A DNA stretch of 64,000 nucleotides, from NCBI RefSeq assembly GCF_044704955.1, contig NC_091977.1, forward strand, positions 492,714,001 through 492,778,000, written 5' to 3'. This document shows, piece after piece, positions 1-11,867 of the stretch. The DNA is from Pristiophorus japonicus (lineage: Eukaryota). Under the pieces are notes generated by a model, which made no database searches, was not told the DNA's origin, and was given only the letters and a program-made list of their open reading frames with translations. The position numbers were made by a program, and so were the translations under genes. Within the stretch, counting starts at the first letter, position 1, and every line of letters starts with the position of its first letter.

Positions 1-150
1 TTGAGGAGAGGGGTGATGACCGCAGATTTGAAGGAGAGGGGTGCAGCAGGATCGGATATCGGGGTGGAGGATGGAGTGTAGAAGAGGAGCAGCATTAACT
101 GGCGAGGGGGTGAAGAATGGTGATTTAAACTGAGCGGGTTTAACACGCGG
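1..150 (-). mobile_element. Probable L2-like LINE ORF2 fragment
   Basis: Purine-rich stretch whose reverse complement resembles an L2 RT-region segment (FKSAVITPLL-like); short and degraded. Confidence 0.4.
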
Positions 151-688
151 GAGGGGAAGAATGGCTCGGTATCCCTTCACAACCGCATAAATGATTTTAA
201 AGCAGTTGATCAGATTGAGCTCAGATAGTATCAATGCATGACAACAACAGCTCCACAAGAAATGAGGAAACATCCCTGCAATTTTTCTCACAATTTTCTA
301 CTGAACAAGTGATGCAATGTTGGACAGACATGTAGCTTAGATATGATAAGCCTTTGTTCCACTGCACTTTCAGTGTAGGATAGAACTTATGAATCCTGGC
401 ATAAAGATTCAAGCACAGAATTGTAAATCTATCTTCACAAGAGTGTGTTTGGGGATGTTTTCACTTAACAGTTTTTTTAAACATGGCTATTATTAGTCAA
501 CAACTGTATTATCATTGTATCATATGACCATCAGGATGGTAGAAGGAGAACGAGATGGACTTTGGTCTTTTTTCGAGTAATTCCTATATTCCTATGTAAA
601 TTCAATGGCATAACATAATTTTCATGACAAGGGACTGTATTCAGGCCGAGCTCTTAGTTGCATGTTGTTTTTTTTTGTGACTCCACAG

Positions 689-856
689 CTATTATCAGTC
701 AGTGGGCCATTCCGGTCATGGGCCCCCATAGTTGATGAGGTTTACCTGCAGGAAACCCCCCTCGTAGCCCTAAGCAGCGGCCGGTTCCACAAGGTGGACT
801 TACTGATCGGAAGTGCAGAGGAGGATGGGCTTGTTAGAAGAGCAAAAGTATTCAAG
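689..856 (+). CDS. TG: Thyroglobulin coding exon (ChEL domain; equivalent of human exon 43)
   Basis: Polypyrimidine tract and ccacag acceptor (ends 688), aag|gtgagg donor, 168 bp, phase 0/0. Encodes LLSVSGPFRSWAPIVDEVYLQETPLVALSSGRFHKVDLLIGSAEEDGLVRRAKVFK, recognisably similar to human TG LLAVSGPFHYWGPVIDG...VDLLIGSSQDDGLINRAKAVK. Confidence 0.96.
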
Positions 857-1121
857 GTGAGGAGATCAAAAAAATGTTTTAAGAACAAATTAAATTATTC
901 TTTGCTGCTGAATTATTGGCCACTTGTGGATTAACACAATGTTGATCACATAATAAGGTGTGGTGACTCAGTTAGTAAATTCACTGCCCAGAGTGTGACT
1001 GGGTCCTACAGACCAGGAAGGCTCCAAATTAATGTTCAGTTAGTTACTCAGCAGGAAATAGACTGGCCTCAGCTTCCTAAGTTCCTGCTCCTGATTACTG
1101 TCTGATGACTCCTGCTGGAAA

Positions 1122-1210
1122 GTGTGTGTGTGTGTGTGTGTGTGTGTGCATGCATGTGTATATGTGTTTGTACTTGTGTGTACACTTATGTGTGTGTACA
1201 CTTGTGTGAC
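1122..1210. repeat. (TG)n microsatellite with degenerate extension
   Basis: gtgtgtgt run visible directly. Confidence 0.9.
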
Positions 1211-2203
1211 TGTCAGGTGATAACATGATAGAGGCTCAACTTTGAAGTGCCTCAGAATCAAATAGCCTACTAACATTTGCTGTCACATATTGAAAATAAC
1301 CAGGTGAGGTACACTGTACTCAATGTGAGTCAACATCTTTCGGAAACCATGAAACGGTCATTTGGCCAATCATTATCAGTCCTTCCGTGGACCATGTACA
1401 ATCTAACCTGTTATGGACTCTATCCCATTCATTAAATGTTCTGTAAATTTCTCACTACACCAAAGGTAATTTTTGTGACATGGTAGAATTTCTATCCAAC
1501 CTCACATTGAACAGTGAAAGTAATTTTCTGCATCACAGTTGCCTGATTCCCATATCTCTGAATCTCAAAGGAATTCAGAATTGCTACAGCTATAAAGGAA
1601 TATCTTTTATTAAGTTTAAGACTTGATAAAATTACACGTGAATCTCAAAAGAATTGGCAACACCCAGTGACTTCTGCTACACTCCCTCTTTTCCAACCTT
1701 CTCTCTTTACTTCATTCCTTTGACTCCTCTAATATAGTCTCCTTTGCTTCAGTCTTTGACTTTGCGAACCTCTCCGCAGCTTTATTTTCTTGTCCAGTTA
1801 TTACCTAACTTCAGGACTCACAATGTGTCAGTGCTCCCATACTCCCAATGGGGAGCTGCTCTCAAAGGGAGTGCAGGTCGGAGAATCTGGACGACAGTGT
1901 TGTTGACCCATCTCTGTTTGACCATGGCTCCCCACTGGGAGGACTGAATTTACTCTATAATTTCTTATTCAAGTTACAACTCATCTGTAGTCGCTCCCTT
2001 TCTCCAGCAACGTTGCCATTCTCCTTATTGTAATCAGCTCTGATTTCCCCAAGTAGCTCCTCTGCACAATCTCCTTTGAGTCCTTTTGATCTCCAGCCAA
2101 CAGAACTGGCTACTGGCTTCTTCTGCTTAAGTTAGAGCATGGATAATAAAAGAAACTGCGGCACTAAAATTATGACATGGGATATTAGCAAACAAAGACT
2201 TCA

Positions 2204-3000
2204 GGGGCGAAATTGCCCTGCGACCCATTCGGGGCGCATAATTCGAATTATATGAAAATTTATCGCTCGGCGCAAAATATAGGTAAGTGACCCGGAATTT
2301 GGGTCTTTACATCTGAAAAAGGTCCGGGGCACTATCGGAGGCGCTCTGCACTTCCATGGGGCAGTAGAGGGGTGGAAGTGGAGTGATGTAAGTCAGCACC
2401 GTGCTGACCACATCAGCGTGGCACTAATGCATCACAACGTCCCTCCCCTTTAATTAAAGGGGAGGGCCGTTGCGCACTCTGCAGCCCCTTTGGCGGCCAC
2501 CACTGGGCCACCAGGGACGCCCTCGACTGGGCCAACAGCCCGGCACCAAAACAGAGTGCCAGGCTGCAGCATGGCGGCCTGGTCGAGGCGAGGACCACCA
2601 TTGTTGGACCAACAGAAGAGTCGGCCGACAGAAAAATATGGCGGCCCACGGCACAAAGACCTCCCCTTTAAGGGGAGCCCCGGCGGCAAGTTGGCAGTGA
2701 CATCGGCTGGTGCCATCCTTGCAGCCCGTGGGACAACTCCCCCCCCCCCCCCCCGGGGTGCAAAGTGTCGGCGCAGGGTGGTGAGGGATTGGCACGCACG
2801 GCGATGACGTCATCACCGTGTGTGCTGCTGTCCGGGGCGCAAATCGCGTGGCGCTAATGGCTCAATACCCTCCAAAACTCTGGGGTAATTTCCCCAGAGG
2901 CACTATCAACCCCTTCCCCGGGCGATAACCTCGTTACACCCCATTAGCGCCCCCTACCGGAGGTGCACATGGGGCTATAAAAAAAAGTCAATTTCGCCGT
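2204..3000. mobile_element. PIF/Harbinger-type MITE (GC-rich, about 800 bp)
   Basis: TIR GGGGCGAAATTG...CAATTTCGCC. The internal motif ccactgggccaccaggg is shared with the copies at 34674, 40642 and 60344. Confidence 0.8.
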
Positions 3001-3164
3001 CGAAATGCACATCGAAAATCCATCTATCCGCTATATAAAATAAAACGCAGCTATTTGCACTAGAAAAATGCTCTGATTGTCTCTGATAGGTTCTCCATGA
3101 TCACATAACCTGATTGCTGATTGGTCCCCTTGGAGGATAAGTCCCTGGAATGTGTAATTGGAAC

Positions 3165-3720
3165 CGCCCAACCCAAGTTCTGAGTGACTTTGCAAAGTGT
3201 AATTCGAGTCATTCTGACCCAGACAGGATGGAGCTCCCCATCCCCGCTCAAGATCCTGATAACCCCAGCCCAAATTCCTGACTCCCCCCAGCCTAAGTTC
3301 ATGCCTCTCCCAGCCACAGTTCCTGACCTACCCCCCACAGCCCAAGTCCTGACTGCCCCAGCCCAAGTTCATGCCCGCCCCAGGCCAAATTCCTTACCCC
3401 ACCCCCCCGCCCCCCCCCGCCAGCCAAAGTTTATGCCTCTCCCAGCCAAAGTTCCTTACTCCCTCAGCCCAACATCCTTACCCCACCCCCCCAGCCCAAG
3501 ATTATGCCTCCCCAGCCCAAGTTCCTTCCCCCACCGAAGCCTATGTTCATGCCCCCCAGCCCAAGTTCATGCCGCCCCCAGCCAAAGTTCCTGCCCCATC
3601 CCAGCCCAAGTTCCTGATATCCTCAGCCCAAGTTCCTGTCCCCATCCCAGCCCGAGTCCTACCCCATCCAAGCCCAAATTCCGGACCTTACCCCCCACCC
3701 CCGCTCCCCCCCCCCCGCCC
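3165..3720. repeat. Degenerate C-rich minisatellite (core cccagcccaagttc)
   Basis: Many imperfect ccagcccaagttc/ccagccaaagtt units; they generate spurious Pro-rich ORFs. Confidence 0.85.
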
Positions 3721-3809
3721 CGCCACAGATCGGGCATTATGTGTGGGTCACGGATTGTTAACAGGTTTATTGGGTATGCAGTGTGTTGTGTATGCATGCC
3801 TGTTTATTG

Positions 3810-4062
3810 TGTGATGTCTGAGACACTGTTACGCAACACTGAATGTACCCTTACACTGTACACACCTTGCCTGTACACCAGAGGGTGCTGCTGCTGGAGA
3901 CCTAAGGGTTGACTGCACACTGCGGGTAGCCCAGTATAAAAAGGAACTCACAGCTTGTTGTCATCACTCAGGAGTTGCTAATAAAGGACTACAGGTCGAG
4001 TCAGTTTAATTATCATACCCTGCCTCGTGGAGTTATTACTAAAGGTGCCTACATACGCTACA
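3810..4062 (+). mobile_element. Probable solo LTR (Gypsy-type)
   Basis: TG...CA ends (tgtgat...ctaca), TATAAAA at about 3935, AATAAA at about 3980, about 250 bp. TSD not clean. Confidence 0.55.
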
Positions 4063-4194
4063 CAGTGAATAGTGACGTTGACTTCCAGGTTTCATCCACT
4101 CCAACGATGTCCTTTGTCACACATGCACCGAGCTTTCTGAGAAATCGGGTGTGGGTGTAAAGGGGATTGGAAGAACGTGATCCGTCTTCCCTGA

Positions 4195-4513
4195 ATTCCC
4201 TCTCTCCCCTCCAATCCCCTCTCCCGCTTCCCCTCTCTCTCCCCCAGTCTCTGTCTCTCTCTCTTCCCCCCCAGCCTCTCTCCCCCCCCAGTCTCTCTCT
4301 CCACCAGTCTCTCTCTCTCTCCCTCCCAGTCTCTCTCCCCCTCCCCAGTCTCTCTCTCCCTCTTCCCCACACTCCCTAGTCGCTCTCTCCCCCAGTCTCT
4401 CTCGCTTCCCCCCCAGTCTCTCTCTCCCACCTGCCAGTCTCTCTCTCTCTCTCTCTCCCTCCCCAGTCTCTCTCTCCCCATTCCCCCTGCCAGTCTCTCT
4501 CTCCCTCTCCTCC

Positions 4514-4559
<46 letters not shown>

Positions 4560-5042
4560 TCCCCCAGTCCCTCTCTCTCTTTCCCCACCCCCCCAGTCTC
4601 TCTCTCCCCTCAGTCTCCCTCACTCACCCCCAGTCTCTCTCTCCCCATCTCTCTCTCTCTTTCCCCCTTTCCCCTCCCAGTCTCTCTCTCGCTCCCTCCC
4701 CAGTCTCTCTCTCTCTCCCCCCCATCCCCCTAGTCTCTCTCTCCCCTCCAGTCTCCCTCACTCCCCCCAGTCCCTCTCTCTCCAACCTCCCCTCCCCGTC
4801 TCTCTCTCTCTCTCTCTCTCGCTCCCTCCCCAGTCTCTCTTTCTCCCCCAACCTCCAAGGCTCTCTCCCCCCCCCCCGAGTCTCTCTCTCTCCCCCACCA
4901 CCCCAGGCTCTCTCTCCCTCCCTCCCTGAGTCTCTCTCTCTCTGCCCCCCCCACAGCACCCAGTCTCTCTCTTTTGCCCCCAGTCTCTCTCTTTTGCCCC
5001 CAGTCTCTCTCTCTCTCGCTCCCCCTCCCAGTCTCTCTCTCC
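4195..5042. repeat. CT-rich simple/minisatellite repeat (ccccagtctctctct)n
   Basis: About 850 bp nearly pure polypyrimidine tract with recurring cagtctctct units. Confidence 0.95.
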
Positions 5043-6574
5043 CACAGAAGGACGCGAAAATATTCTAAATAATCCAAAACCTAGAAGCAACTCCAGCAGC
5101 AGCAGACAGCTCCACGCGGCTCGTGGTTTGGCCCCACTTCCGGCTTCCTCATATGTCGCACTGCGCATGCGCGACCAAATCGAGGGCCCATGCTCAAAAG
5201 GTGGGTGGAGTCCAATGCGTGTCTGCGCAGAAGGACACAAAAAACTAGTGCAAATATTCTCTCGGTTAGAATGCCATCATGTGCAAGATTCTGGGGGCAT
5301 CTATATGCAATTTTTCATTTTTGGCGACACATGCCTTAAGCTTTGGAAAATGGGTGGACTTTGCATTTTTTTTCTCCCTCAGGTATCTTCCCTCATTCCC
5401 ACCAGAGGGATGGCCGTGCTCCTTGTACTGTATCTGTTGCGTAACATCTTCAGTTGTACTGTGCCCCATTGAAACAGTCTCTTCAATTTGGCATTTGTTA
5501 ATTTGGCTCATCATAGCTGCTAGCTTTCAAATCCTGTGGAAAAACATATGCATTAATTATTCACAATGCAGAGATACAAGACTAGCTCATTAAAGGAAGG
5601 CTTTGATGCTTTATAAGCTGAGGTTTACAGATGCTTGCTCAGCAAGGTGCTGATAAAATCCTTCCTGCCAGAAGCAAGCATATGCAATATGATGTGTTCT
5701 GTACTGCTGCCAGGGAATGGTAGCCTTTGGGTCACAGGAAGGATCTAAATAATCTCCGTTCTTATTCAGTTAATAAAGAAGTGTACCACAGAAAGGCCAC
5801 AATGTTGACTTTGTGCCTTTGCCATTCTGAAGCATTGTGCCATTCTATGATAGGTCTGATTTGCCCATGCTTTCAGTGAAATGTGCCAAGTAAGGGCCTG
5901 TACCCTACAGGGAAGGTAGCAAAATTCAAAGGCCATGTCAGCATGGGACTTTTCTTGCTCACCTTCTTTCAACTGGCACAGGAGTGGCAGTGGCAAAGCT
6001 TTGGAAGTAGGGTGCACGCCAATCTTCTTAATTTGTGGCAGGCACCCTAATAGGAATGGAATATGCAAGATGTAAAAGAATAGGAGGGGATTGCACTTGT
6101 GTACATGTATTTCCTTTGATCAATAGCTACTTTTCATGTATGACATGTTCTTCACAGCATAATTGTAACGATGATAGGCTGATGTATTGATAATACTCAA
6201 GCGAAGAGTAACAAGGATGGGTCCAGGATTTGGGGCTCTAAGTTATGAAGAAAGCCTCACCAAATATTTTAAATGCTGAAAGGAATGGATATGTAGAAAG
6301 AACTTAGATTTACAAACACAATTAAGAAGGCAAAGACGATCTACAAAATTAAATTATACAGAGAAATGGCAGAAATATTGAATATTTACTTTGCCACAGT
6401 ATTTACCAGGGAGACTAGCAGGTTGAGCATGACATTAGAAGAAACGATCAAAAAAAAAATCATAATCTTTAAGATAGAAAGGGGGAGCTAATTAATAAAC
6501 GAATCAAACTTAGAAAGGATAAAACCCCATCCACGCATATGAAAAGTAGCTAGGGAGGGGATAGCAGAGACACT

Positions 6575-7350
6575 AAGGTACAGTTTCCACTTTGGGTGCA
6601 AGTGGCAATCCGAGTGCAAATTGATGCCAAAATTGCGCTAGTTTTGAGAAGTATTTTTTTCCTCACGTTTCCGCTCAAACTCATTTGCAAATCTCCGAAT
6701 GTAAAATTTGCTACGAATCAGTACAATTGGGCAGCATATTAGAACGTTTTTGAAAACATTTCTTTTAAAAAATATTTCTTGATATACTTAAGAATGGTAA
6801 CTTGCTGCAATTTGATTAATACAGCTGAAAATGGGTTTATAACAAAAAAATAAGCATCACCCGTGAGTAATTAGGGATGGGTAATAAACGCTGGCCTTAC
6901 CAGTAACATCCATATCCCAGGAATGAATTTAAAAAAAGATTTTAAATAATTGAAAATTACTTAAAAAACTGTACAGAATCATTTCATCATCATCATCGCC
7001 ATCATACAGTAGTCAGTTTCTTAGTAAATTTTAAAAAATTCTATTCAAAAGCTTTTAAGACATTGGTGTCCTTGTACCCAAAACAACCAGCTTAATTTTA
7101 AGAGCCTCCTCAAAGTTCAGCAAATGGGCATAATTAGCAGAAACTTGCCATGGTTATTAATTTGATCTGGGGGCATGGCCAGTTTTGTATTGACGTGGCC
7201 AGCTTCTAGTACAATTTTTAAAAACTGGTGCAAAAGATCGCGGAAACTTGATTTGCGCTGGATGTAATTCTGCGATCGTTTGCGCTGGTTTGACCGATTT
7301 CAAGAAAATCATGCTGAAAAAAACAGTGCACCCTAGCCGAAACACCAGGA
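6575..7350. mobile_element. Degenerate TIR MITE inserted in CR1
   Basis: Imperfect inverted ends gtttccactttgggtgca / tgcaccctagccgaaac; the CR1 frame resumes on both sides. Confidence 0.55.
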
Positions 7351-7532
7351 CACTATAAAATATCATTAGAAAGGGAATACTGCAAGATGATTGGCGGACA
7401 ACTAATGTGATTCCTATATTTAAAAAAGGGAGATAGAACAAGTCTAAGGACAATAGACCAGTTAGCTTAATGTTGGTGGTAGGAAAGATAACGTAACCTT
7501 TCTTCAAAGATAAATAGAAAAACAAAACATAT

Positions 7533-10500
7533 GGGGCTAGAAGCTGCACTTTTGTGGTTTTTGGGCGATATTTTCGGCGTGGGTGTTAAAAAAGGGTTTT
7601 CAGATCGCCGACTTCTCACCCATTCTCAAAGCACCAAGTTTCTACTTTTGAAAATGGATGTTACTGCGAGCGATATAAAATGGGCGGTTGCGTTAATTTT
7701 TTTTGACCTTCTGCTGTAAAGTGTGGCCGTCCTTAGCAATCGCTTTTAAAAGGACTCGGCTGCCGTCAAGCCAATGACACCGCCCCTTAAGCGTGGCCGA
7801 ATGGCCTCAACCCCCTTGAAAAGCTGCGTGCGTCTGGTGTTGATATGGCAACGCTCGATTCCTGCGATTCTGGAGGTCAAGGGTCATCATGACATGCGCA
7901 GAAGAGGAGACAGAGAGAGAGGGAGCTCAGAGGGACTGAAGGCATGTCTGGGTGTGGTGTGGCTGCTTTGAGAGGAAGGAGGGAGACTTTAGAGCTTCAC
8001 AGCAAGTAGGCAAACAAAAAGTAGCTGTTACCAGCCATATATTTGCCTGAATTTGGCCTATAATAGAGAGGGAGGAGGAGGCATCACAGCATGCTGTGGA
8101 GACTGATGCTGGAGAGAGCAGTGAGGTGGGAGATGAGCACATTGGAGGGCGCAAAAGAGCCAGGAGGTTCTCGGACGAAGCAAATGCCTCCCTCCTGCAG
8201 GAGGTCGAGTTACGCTGGGGTGATTTGACATAGGGAGGGCATGGGAAGCCCACCCCAAAGGCATACCAGAAGATATGGACCGAGATAGCAGAGGTGGTCT
8301 CGTCGGCGACCAACGAGGTGCGTGAGGGCAACCAATGGTGCAAACGATGGAACGACCTTGTGGGATCTGCAAGAGTAAGTATTACATTGATTTACATGGA
8401 CTTATGTATTTATATAATTTGATATGTAACAGTCATGAGTGACTATCATCAGATGTGAAATCTTTCACTTTTACCGGAAATGTTTTACTCAAAGCCTGCA
8501 GTCACGGTGTATGTCTTTAGGTAAAGAAGGATAATTATCATAATAGTCATGATTACATCTGTCGGTTATGTGTTGTATCAGTGTCTGTGACAGTACCTAG
8601 CAATGATATCATGCAATGATCTCATGCCATGTCATCCTGTCACGTTTTACAGAGAAGCTATCAACGATGAGGCCCATGCAGAGGCAAACCGGTGGGAGCC
8701 ACCTGTCCCCAGCGACATCACTGAAATGGAGGAGCATCTGCTCACATTCATGGGGAAGCACTCCCGGACGGCCACGGACGCATCTGCAGACCCTGACGTG
8801 ATGCCACGTGAGTAAAGCTTACAGCATTGCGTAATGTAAAGTCAATAGATGCCACACCCATTCATATCCGAACAATCATATATGATAGATGATTTCTAAA
8901 ATTGTCATAGAAATAATGCTTGCCTAATGAAAATCATTGGAATGCCAATGTGTTGATGGTCATGAAATGTGATGTCTGCGATGATCTTGACAGCGATGTT
9001 GCTTTTGTCGTGCATATGCTGTGTGTAGCGCTGGACTCACCTTGTCACCCGAGCACCCCCTTCTCCTCTAATAACCTCATTTGTGTTTTGCAGCTCAGCC
9101 AGCAGCGCGTCCCAAGGCAAGACCACAGAGGCCAGAAGGTGGGGGCGCGCAGCAGGAGTCGGCGGACGATTCTACATCTGGTGCTGAGAAGGTCCGACTC
9201 TCACCCGTCAATCTGCTAGGTCTGTTCTCGACGGATGAGAACATGGACTTCGAGGAACCTGCATCGCCATGCTCCAGAAGCCATTCCACCCCAAGGCCAT
9301 CTAGTGGTCCTCCGGTCATTCCTGCCTCCACATTGGAGGTGCCAGCCACAAGCACCTCGCCACAGGGCACCCCATTTGTCCGCAGGACGGCGCCGACCCC
9401 GCGGAGGCTTCGTGGACGCGGCAGGTCTGTTCCACGAGCGCCACAGGACAGCGGAGAGATGGTACAGTTGTCCAGGAGGACTGTAGACATTGGTGACCAG
9501 CTCATCAAAGCATTGTGGGGCATAAGCCGACAGCTGGCCACCATCTCCGGCACCATGACCGAGTACATTCCACGGCTGGCGGAGTCACTGGATTGGATAG
9601 TCAGGAACATTGCTGCCACAGGCCTCCCAGTGGTCCCCGAGTGCGGCACTCCACCCCTAGTTTCCGCACCACCATTGTGAATGACAGATGAGAGCAAGGA
9701 CCAAGATCATGCTTTTGCATTAGAGAATGTTGCCCCCTTGGTACCCCCCACTCCCATACCCGTCCAATGACCGCATCTGCCTTCATTCCTCCCCCAATGA
9801 GGAGCTCCTCGGCCAGGCGCCATGGAGCAAGGAAGGGAAGGGGTAGAGGTGGGGAGAAGGGGAGGAGGAAAGGAAAGTGAGGTGCATGTCCGCAGGTGAT
9901 GGCTGTGTTATATCTCCATCCGGGTGTATGCAATTTGTTGCAATGTATGGGGGTTGGGGACCATGCTCTTGCTTTGCCTTTGTATGCTGTGTTGCTGGAC
10001 ATATTGAACATGTGATTAATGTCAATGGTGGAAAAAGTGGGATGTGGGCGGTTGTTGGCTGTAAAGCTTATAATTTCAGACCAATGTTGGTATAAAAGTT
10101 TTGTTATTGAACATAACCTTTTTGCGCATTGTCTCAGATAGCTGCAACGTTACACACTGGTGATTCCTTAACATGAATGGGTTAAATACAACTTAACATC
10201 AATGACGTAAACTTTAACTGGCACCAAGGTGATGGGCACCATTGGTGTCTGAGCTGCACACACACAGCAGTGTGTCAGCATTGTCACTCACATCAACGCT
10301 CTTTCAGGCAAATCGTTCAGATATCAGCTCCTCACGTAATTTTTAAAATGCCAGCCACACTACTGGCATTTGTTCAGAACAGTTTCACCTTTTGTGGGCG
10401 TTTTTTTGGGCGAGCGATATTGTGGGTGATATGTGTGCGACGTGGTGAAATTGACGCTGGGTGATCTGCTGGGCGTTAGTTTCGGTAAATATGCTCTTCA

Positions 10501-10818
10501 CGACAAAAAAAAGTGGGCGGGCGTTAATATTGAATCTCGGCATTAAATCAGTGCGGAAATTAACGCTGGGCAATATTATGGGTGTTGATTTCGCCCATTC
10601 TGCTGATTTCACCCCCAAAAAGTTGGCGGGCGGTAATATTTTTCCCTAGCATTAAGCACATGGGGAAAGTAACGCTCAGCGATAAGTTTCCTAAAAATGG
10701 GCGTCAGTTTCCATTTTGTGGCTAAATTGGCGATATCTGGGCATTATACGTCATTTCAGCGGTAAAATGGACGTTAAGTGGGCATTAAGCATGCAAAAAA
10801 AGTGTAGGTTCTAGCCCA
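7533..10818 (+). mobile_element. PIF/Harbinger deletion derivative retaining the Myb/SANT gene
   Basis: TIRs GGGCTAGAAGCTGCACTTTT / AAAAGTGTAGGTTCTAGCCC, inserted within CR1 ORF2, contains a spliced Myb-like gene. Confidence 0.88.
8063..9680 (+). pseudogene. Harbinger Myb/SANT (MADF-like) DNA-binding protein pseudogene, 3 exons (about 8063-8374, 8653-8807, 9094-9680)
   Basis: RKRARRFSDEANASLLQEVELRWGDL*...AYQKIWTEIAEVVS...CKRWNDL motif, GT-AG junctions. The likely start is ATA instead of ATG, there is an in-frame TAG at 8231 and exon 2 is frameshifted. Confidence 0.82.
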
Positions 10819-11001
10819 TAGAGACTGAAAATATAATAAAGAATAGGCAGCATGGATTTCAAAGGAGAAGGTCATGTTTGACCAAATTATTAAATTCTTT
10901 GCAGAATTAACAGAAAGAGTAGACAAGGGTAATCCAGTAGATGTAATATATTTAGAATTTCAAACGGCCTTCAATAAGGTACCGTATAATAGGCTCATGA
11001 C

Positions 11002-11124
11002 CAATTTTCCCCCTAATTTTTTTTAGCTGTGCTCACAGTTTTGCGCATGAAACTTAATTTTGAAAAAGCTGGTCCTGCGCTACATGGGACCAGCAAACAG
11101 CTGTGCAGCTTAAAGAGAATGTTG
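11002..11124. mobile_element. hAT-superfamily MITE, 123 bp
   Basis: Perfect 8-bp TSD CTCATGAC (10994-11001 and 11125-11132); imperfect TIRs CAATTTTCCCCCTAA / TTAAAGAGAATGTTG. Confidence 0.85.
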
Positions 11125-11867
11125 CTCATGACTAAAGTCAGAACATGTGGAGTCGGGTGACAAGTAGCAGAATGGATAACAAGCTGGCTACAAAGCGGAG
11201 TAGGGGTTAAAGATAGTTACTCAGACTGGTGGTAGCTAGAAAGTGGTTCACAATTTACATAAACAATTTGGACTTGGGAATCAGAAATACAATTTCAAAA
11301 TGTATGCTTGACACAAAATTGGGAGGTTTAGTTAACACTGAAAAAGACTGGAAGAAAATACAAGAAGATGTTAATAAACTTGCAGAATGGGCAAATTAAT
11401 TTCAAAATAAATGCGTGAAGTGGTGAATTTTGGTAGGTGGAATAAGGAATCCACATACTTCTCAGGTTTTAAGAGTCGCAGAGGAGCAGAAGAGTTGAGG
11501 GGTACAGATTCACAAATTATTAAAAGTGGCAATGCAGGATAACATGGCTATAAAGCATGCAAACACAGCACAGGATTTCATTTCTGGAGGAATAGAACTT
11601 GTACAGAACTCTGGATAGACCACACTTAGTACTGTGCACAGTTCTGGTCACCATATTAGAAAAAGGATATATAGGCACTGGAGCAGATGCATAAACGATA
11701 TGCAAGAATGAAACTAGAACTGAGAGGTTATAACTAGAAAAGAGAAGGCAGAGGGGTAACCTAATAGAGGTCTTTAAAATTATGAAGGGGTTTGATAGGT
11801 TAGACGTAGTGAAGACGTTACCACTTGTGGGAAGTCAAAAACTAGAGATACAAATAAAAGATAATCA

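Larger units (their letters stand above)
3023..5256. mobile_element. Unclassified non-autonomous element with 12-bp inverted repeats, possibly Helitron-like
   Basis: TATTTGCACTAG (3052-3063) and CTAGTGCAAATA (5245-5256) form a perfect inverted pair. Left end a|TCTATCCGCTATATAAAATAAAA; short stem gtgtc...gacac just before CTAG|t. Confidence 0.45.

Noticed and set aside
662-934. 90-aa ORF as a stand-alone gene or as acetylcholinesterase/neuroligin/carboxylesterase
   Set aside because: Only 689-856 is exonic, and the sequence together with the next exon matches thyroglobulin specifically.
935-1330. Possible ancient SINE or conserved element after the first exon
   Set aside because: A weak tRNA-head resemblance only; too degraded to call without a database.
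3165-3720. CRISPR-like repeat-spacer array
   Set aside because: Vertebrate context, degenerate low-complexity units, no unique spacers and no cas genes.
3184-5240. Pro-rich and ER/GE-rich ORFs
   Set aside because: They are translation artefacts of C-rich and CT-rich tandem repeats.
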